From the IMG/VR virus record IMGVR_UViG_3300033145_000480, positions 1-46,928 of that record: DNA of 46,928 nucleotides; one strand, given 5' to 3'. The notes under the pieces were generated by a model. It saw nothing but the letters and a program-made list of their open reading frames with translations. It had not been told where the DNA came from and made no database searches. Every line of letters starts with the position of its first letter. Positions within the stretch are counted from its first letter, which is position 1. The translations under genes were made by a program, and so were the position numbers. This stretch comes from a virus. Lineage: Duplodnaviria > Caudoviricetes. Shown here in pieces: positions 43,490 to 46,928 of the stretch.

Positions 43490-44023
43490 ATGAGTAAAGG
43501 ACATTTTCCAGTATGTACCGATTGCCAAGCGTGGGCCGGGGCGGAATGTGACAGGCGTCGCATTGGGCGTGCGAATTGCTTGTTTGGATTGCCTGATGAC
43601 GGAATGGCTATTCCAATATTAATGAACGGCAATGGCGAGTTTATTCCAAATATTGAGAATATGGAATATCTTTACGACAGGGTCAAGCGTTGTGTATGTC
43701 CCACGGAAAATCCCGATACGCAAAGAATAGTTGCGAAGTTTTCATCCTTACAGCTTAAAATAAAATCGGCACAAGCAAAGGTGGCGAGGCTGCTCAGTGA
43801 TGATGGACTGTGGTTTGAACCAAAAAGAATCACAGAGGCACACTTACAGAATGCGTTGAAAGAAATCCAAAAGGTTTATGGGGTGGAGACTGAAGTCGCG
43901 GAAACACTTCGACACGAATACGACTCAACAAGAGGCTTGTGGTGTATTGACAAAGACCCTAATGATGTTGATATTGAGTGGATAAGAGAAAACGCATTCC
44001 AATTAACTAACAAAAGGAGATAG
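43490..44023 (+). CDS. Hypothetical protein
   Basis: 177 aa ORF with strong SD. Confidence 0.7.
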   Translation: MSKGHFPVCTDCQAWAGAECDRRRIGRANCLFGLPDDGMAIPILMNGNGEFIPNIENMEYLYDRVKRCVCPTENPDTQRIVAKFSSLQLKIKSAQAKVARLLSDDGLWFEPKRITEAHLQNALKEIQKVYGVETEVAETLRHEYDSTRGLWCIDKDPNDVDIEWIRENAFQLTNKRR

Positions 44024-44025
44024 AA

Positions 44026-44199
44026 ATGGACATTGAAATTGACTCCTCGGCAGAGGACAGGACGCCGGAACAAAATGCAAGGATTAGGCGGTATTATGCA
44101 GCAGCAGATATATTGAGGGCGGCTGGAATTAAGGTGTCAGTTAGTAAATGTATAGTTACAAAGCCAACAGACGATCCAGCCAGTATAAGCATAATTTAA
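44026..44199 (+). CDS. Small hypothetical protein (57 aa)
   Basis: AAGGAG SD; MDIEIDSS...SISII. Confidence 0.55.
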   Translation: MDIEIDSSAEDRTPEQNARIRRYYAAADILRAAGIKVSVSKCIVTKPTDDPASISII

Positions 44200-44209
44200 G
44201 GAGCTAAAA

Positions 44210-44461
44210 ATGAAAAACGTAACGTGTATAATTATCTGTTTACTCATTATTGGTCATGGCCTCCTTATAGACCGTAGACGTAAAGAGTTGAATGATGCAA
44301 AACAAGTAATCATGTCCCGCGTCCCTCATATCAAGGACATCCAGAAACTTGTCGGAGTAGAGCCTGACGGCATAATCGGCCCCGAAACGATCAAGGCGTG
44401 GAATGAGGCTTATTGTATGCAAGAGGGTGTCAAGGCTTGCAGAGAGGCAGGTATGAAATGA
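44210..44461 (+). CDS. Membrane-anchored protein with peptidoglycan-binding-like motif
   Basis: N-terminal hydrophobic helix; IKDIQKLVGVEPDGIIGPETIKAW (PG_binding_1-type DG..GP.T). Confidence 0.6.
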   Translation: MKNVTCIIICLLIIGHGLLIDRRRKELNDAKQVIMSRVPHIKDIQKLVGVEPDGIIGPETIKAWNEAYCMQEGVKACREAGMK

Positions 44462-44592
44462 AAATGTTTTGGATTACGTTTTGCAGTGTTATGTTCGGAC
44501 TGTTATGCCATGTGTTTGGGTGGGACCCAGAGCACTCTGGTATAGCGGCAATAATTTTATGTTGTTCGTTGTGGTCAAATATAGAAAGGTAG
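44458..44592 (+). CDS. Small two-TM membrane protein (44 aa)
   Basis: MKMFWITFCSVMFGLLCHVFGWDPEHSGIAAIILCCSLWSNIER; ATGA coupling. Confidence 0.55.
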   Translation: MKMFWITFCSVMFGLLCHVFGWDPEHSGIAAIILCCSLWSNIER

Positions 44593-44599
44593 GTATGAA

Positions 44600-44806
44600 A
44601 TGAAAGCAAATCACGGTGATACAATAAAATACGCACACCAAAAAGCTGGCGAAGAACATGAGCAGATTTGTGCCAGTCAGAATCTTATTTTGGGCTGCGA
44701 ATACAAGGTCGATTTCTTTGTTGTCGGCAAAATAGACTCGTATGTGCATCTTATTGGCATACCTGGTAGATTTAATGAATTAATGTTCGAGAAGGTGTTG
44801 ATATGA
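44600..44806 (+). CDS. Hypothetical protein
   Basis: 68 aa ORF with AGGT SD. Confidence 0.6.
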   Translation: MKANHGDTIKYAHQKAGEEHEQICASQNLILGCEYKVDFFVVGKIDSYVHLIGIPGRFNELMFEKVLI

Positions 44807-44970
44807 AACTGGAGCGGCGGGAACTAATGGACTTAATTGAGAAAATCTGGAAACTATACCCAGAGTTGAGGCTATGCCAATTAATCGGCAAATGCTTTGC
44901 CGACGATCCATACTACAAGGATGACGAAGATTTAATGCAAGCGATAAAAGACACTTATTTGGGAGAATAG
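44803..44970 (+). CDS. DUF1040/YihD-like small protein (55 aa)
   Basis: LIEKIWKLYPELRLCQLI....DPYYKDDEDLMQAI pattern. Confidence 0.6.
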   Translation: MKLERRELMDLIEKIWKLYPELRLCQLIGKCFADDPYYKDDEDLMQAIKDTYLGE

Positions 44971-44977
44971 AAAAGCC

Positions 44978-45181
44978 ATGAGACGAATTAAAGAAAAAGA
45001 CTTATTCTATGCAGTCGTAAGAAAAGGGCCGTGTTCACGCACTTTGGCCGGCGTAGAGCGCGCAGACATTGCCCTCGGCCCGTTTATTGCTGCTGAAATA
45101 GGCACTCATGAAGTTGCAACGTACAACCGAGAACGAGTGTTTCGTTTTGCTGACTTCAAGATTACGAAAGGGCTGCAATGA
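44978..45181 (+). CDS. Hypothetical protein
   Basis: 67 aa ORF, coupled to next gene. Confidence 0.55.
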   Translation: MRRIKEKDLFYAVVRKGPCSRTLAGVERADIALGPFIAAEIGTHEVATYNRERVFRFADFKITKGLQ

Positions 45182-45393
45182 ACAAGTTTGCACGCATTAT
45201 ACAAAATATATGGGCTGAATTTAGTGCCGATTGCCGAGATTACGCCGAAAGAGATTTGAAGGCAGAGGCAGAGGAACGCCAAGCACAGCGCGAAGTCAAC
45301 GCTTATAATGAGCGGGCTTTAGACGAAGATGGTGACAATATTCATTGTGAAGGTAAAGGTTGGGAAATAGTAAATCAAGAGAAAGAGGTGTAA
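45178..45393 (+). CDS. Hypothetical protein
   Basis: 71 aa ORF with ATGA coupling. Confidence 0.6.
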   Translation: MNKFARIIQNIWAEFSADCRDYAERDLKAEAEERQAQREVNAYNERALDEDGDNIHCEGKGWEIVNQEKEV

Positions 45394-45394
45394 A

Positions 45395-45739
45395 ATGAAG
45401 CGTCCACATTGTAAAGAAGAAATTGCAAAAGACCTATATGACGATACATCTGGTGCTGTATTTATTGCGCTCGATTCGTCAGGGGTTGGAGCGTGGGTCT
45501 GGCCTGCTATTTGGGGGATAAGAAAATACGAAGGCTGTGTTGAATTTGGGCGAGGTTTTGATCGCCAGCCATTCAACGACGGGTGCGATGAATCAATAAT
45601 CAACTGGATGTCTGATGCCGAGTGCAACGTGGTGTATTACCGCAAGAAGCCCAAGGCTGGCGAAGCATGGCTCGTCAAACCCCTCAAGGACGGCTACGAG
45701 TGGGAACGCGTAGATAAGCAGATTGTATTTACTAATTAA
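45395..45739 (+). CDS. Hypothetical protein
   Basis: 114 aa ORF with GAGGTG SD. Confidence 0.65.
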   Translation: MKRPHCKEEIAKDLYDDTSGAVFIALDSSGVGAWVWPAIWGIRKYEGCVEFGRGFDRQPFNDGCDESIINWMSDAECNVVYYRKKPKAGEAWLVKPLKDGYEWERVDKQIVFTN

Positions 45740-45754
45740 AGAAAGAGGCGAAAA

Positions 45755-45841
45755 GTGACTGAGCAAGACCACGATATTAAATTGGAAGAGAATATTACTA
45801 CAAAGGCCGACGAGGCCAAGAAAGAAAGAGGCGAAAAATGA
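45755..45841 (+). CDS. Possible mini-ORF (28 aa)
   Basis: GAGG SD plus GTG start; stop overlaps the ATG of the SSB-like gene. Confidence 0.35.
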   Translation: MTEQDHDIKLEENITTKADEAKKERGEK

Positions 45842-46467
45842 AAGCACCACTAAACCCACAAAAAGAGTTAATGCCAGCAGCAACGTACCGTGCCGTATGT
45901 TACAGCGTAGTAGACTTGGGGACGCATTTTAATGCGGCATTTGACAAAAATCAACATATCGTAAGGATTCAATGGGAAATACCCGACATTCGCATTAAGT
46001 ACGAAAAGGATGGGAAAGAAAAAGAAGGGCCAAGGGTTGTTGGCAAAGATTACACGTTCTCAATGCACGAAAAGGCTACTTTATACCAGCATGTCAATTC
46101 GTTGACGGGTAAAGCGTCGGAAGATTTTGAATTTGAAACTCTTATCGGCATGAACGGCCTCTTGAATATAATCCACAAGCCTAATAAGGCAGGCACAAGA
46201 ATGTACGAGAATATTTCTTCTATAATATCATTGCCTATGGGCACTCAAACAAGCACTCCAGAGAACCCAGAGATATTCTACTCTATTGCCGACCACGGCA
46301 AGGCTATACCAAGCACTGTTTACAAGTGGATGGTCGAGAAGATTGAATCGTCTAATGAGTTCAAGATGATGAATCACGCTGGCGATGCACTTAACGGCCA
46401 GCCGTCTACGAACGACGAATATGCAGATGCGGCAGGGCAAGAAGATTTAGACGACATCCCCTTTTAG
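45838..46467 (+). CDS. Phage single-stranded DNA-binding protein-like
   Basis: YRAVCYSVVDLGTH...IQWEI...YTFSMHEKATL...LIG...LNIIH OB-like pattern; acidic tail DLDDIPF. Confidence 0.75.
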   Translation: MKAPLNPQKELMPAATYRAVCYSVVDLGTHFNAAFDKNQHIVRIQWEIPDIRIKYEKDGKEKEGPRVVGKDYTFSMHEKATLYQHVNSLTGKASEDFEFETLIGMNGLLNIIHKPNKAGTRMYENISSIISLPMGTQTSTPENPEIFYSIADHGKAIPSTVYKWMVEKIESSNEFKMMNHAGDALNGQPSTNDEYADAAGQEDLDDIPF

Positions 46468-46478
46468 AGGAGTAAATC

Positions 46479-46928
46479 ATGGACTTCAGATTTGTCAAAG
46501 CTAATAAAATTTCTGTGTTCGAGCAGTTGTTTGGCGTGGACTGGCGCGCGATAGCGTCATTCCTTGCCAAATGGAAAGACGGGACAGAGGGCACCCTTGC
46601 CATTAAAAAGGTTGGGAAGCCCAAATCTCCTGAACAACTTGGCTATTACTATGGCAAGATTCTTCCCATGGCGGTTGAGGCATTCAAAAAAGACGAAAAC
46701 ATGAGTGTAACCATAGAAGATAAGGAAAAGGGCATTTCCTGCGATTTAATCATGTCCAGAGAGGCTGTGGATTTATTTCTGAAGAATAGATATGGCGCAT
46801 GGAAAGGTGAATACAAGGGCAAGGGCGATATGAATATGGCCGAATGCTCTGCTTTTGAATCTTGGGCGATTGACTGGCTTGGCCGCTGGAAGAACTGTTC
46901 CGTGCCGCCTGCCGATCCAAACTGGAAG
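46479..46928 (+). CDS. NinB/YbcN-like recombination protein (3' end outside window)
   Basis: KSPEQLGYYYG.ILP...GDMNMAECSAF...IDW......VPPADP; frame open to the window end. Confidence 0.55.
   Translation, partial: MDFRFVKANKISVFEQLFGVDWRAIASFLAKWKDGTEGTLAIKKVGKPKSPEQLGYYYGKILPMAVEAFKKDENMSVTIEDKEKGISCDLIMSREAVDLFLKNRYGAWKGEYKGKGDMNMAECSAFESWAIDWLGRWKNCSVPPADPNWK

Noticed and set aside
1-46928. Prophage with att sites, diversity-generating retroelement or retron
   Set aside because: No integrase, repressor, host genes or reverse transcriptase, and no adenine-specific TR/VR repeat pair seen.

Overview
This window is most or all of a ~47 kb tailed dsDNA phage genome (podovirus-like, no tape-measure or sheath gene), opened within its early/middle region. 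The plus strand (38.2-46.9 kb, continuing into 1-5.1 kb) carries small early/middle genes: an SSB-like protein, NinB/NinG-like proteins, two YopX paralogues, DUF4326, DUF1353 and a methyltransferase-like protein. The minus strand (37.3 to 7.7 kb) is the morphogenesis operon: terminase, portal, scaffold, capsid, decoration, HNH, a heptad-repeat fibre, a GT4+GT2 glycosyltransferase, tail/fibre proteins and three internal virion proteins, the largest being a polyvalent protein with an ADP-ribosyltransferase-like domain. A small minus-strand operon (dNMP kinase, metallophosphoesterase) follows. I found no integrase, repressor, DNA polymerase, helicase or endolysin. The most unusual items are: (1) a ~750 nt array at 42.7-43.5 kb of structured RNAs separated by a conserved AU-rich linker, including three tRNA mimics with enlarged non-canonical anticodon arms; (2) accessory genes each bracketed by their own short direct repeat spanning RBS and start codon; (3) a glycosyltransferase inside the head module next to a Ser-rich fibre; (4) PTPT-linker-bounded modules in the putative ejected protein. 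All family assignments come from motif recognition by eye, not database searches.
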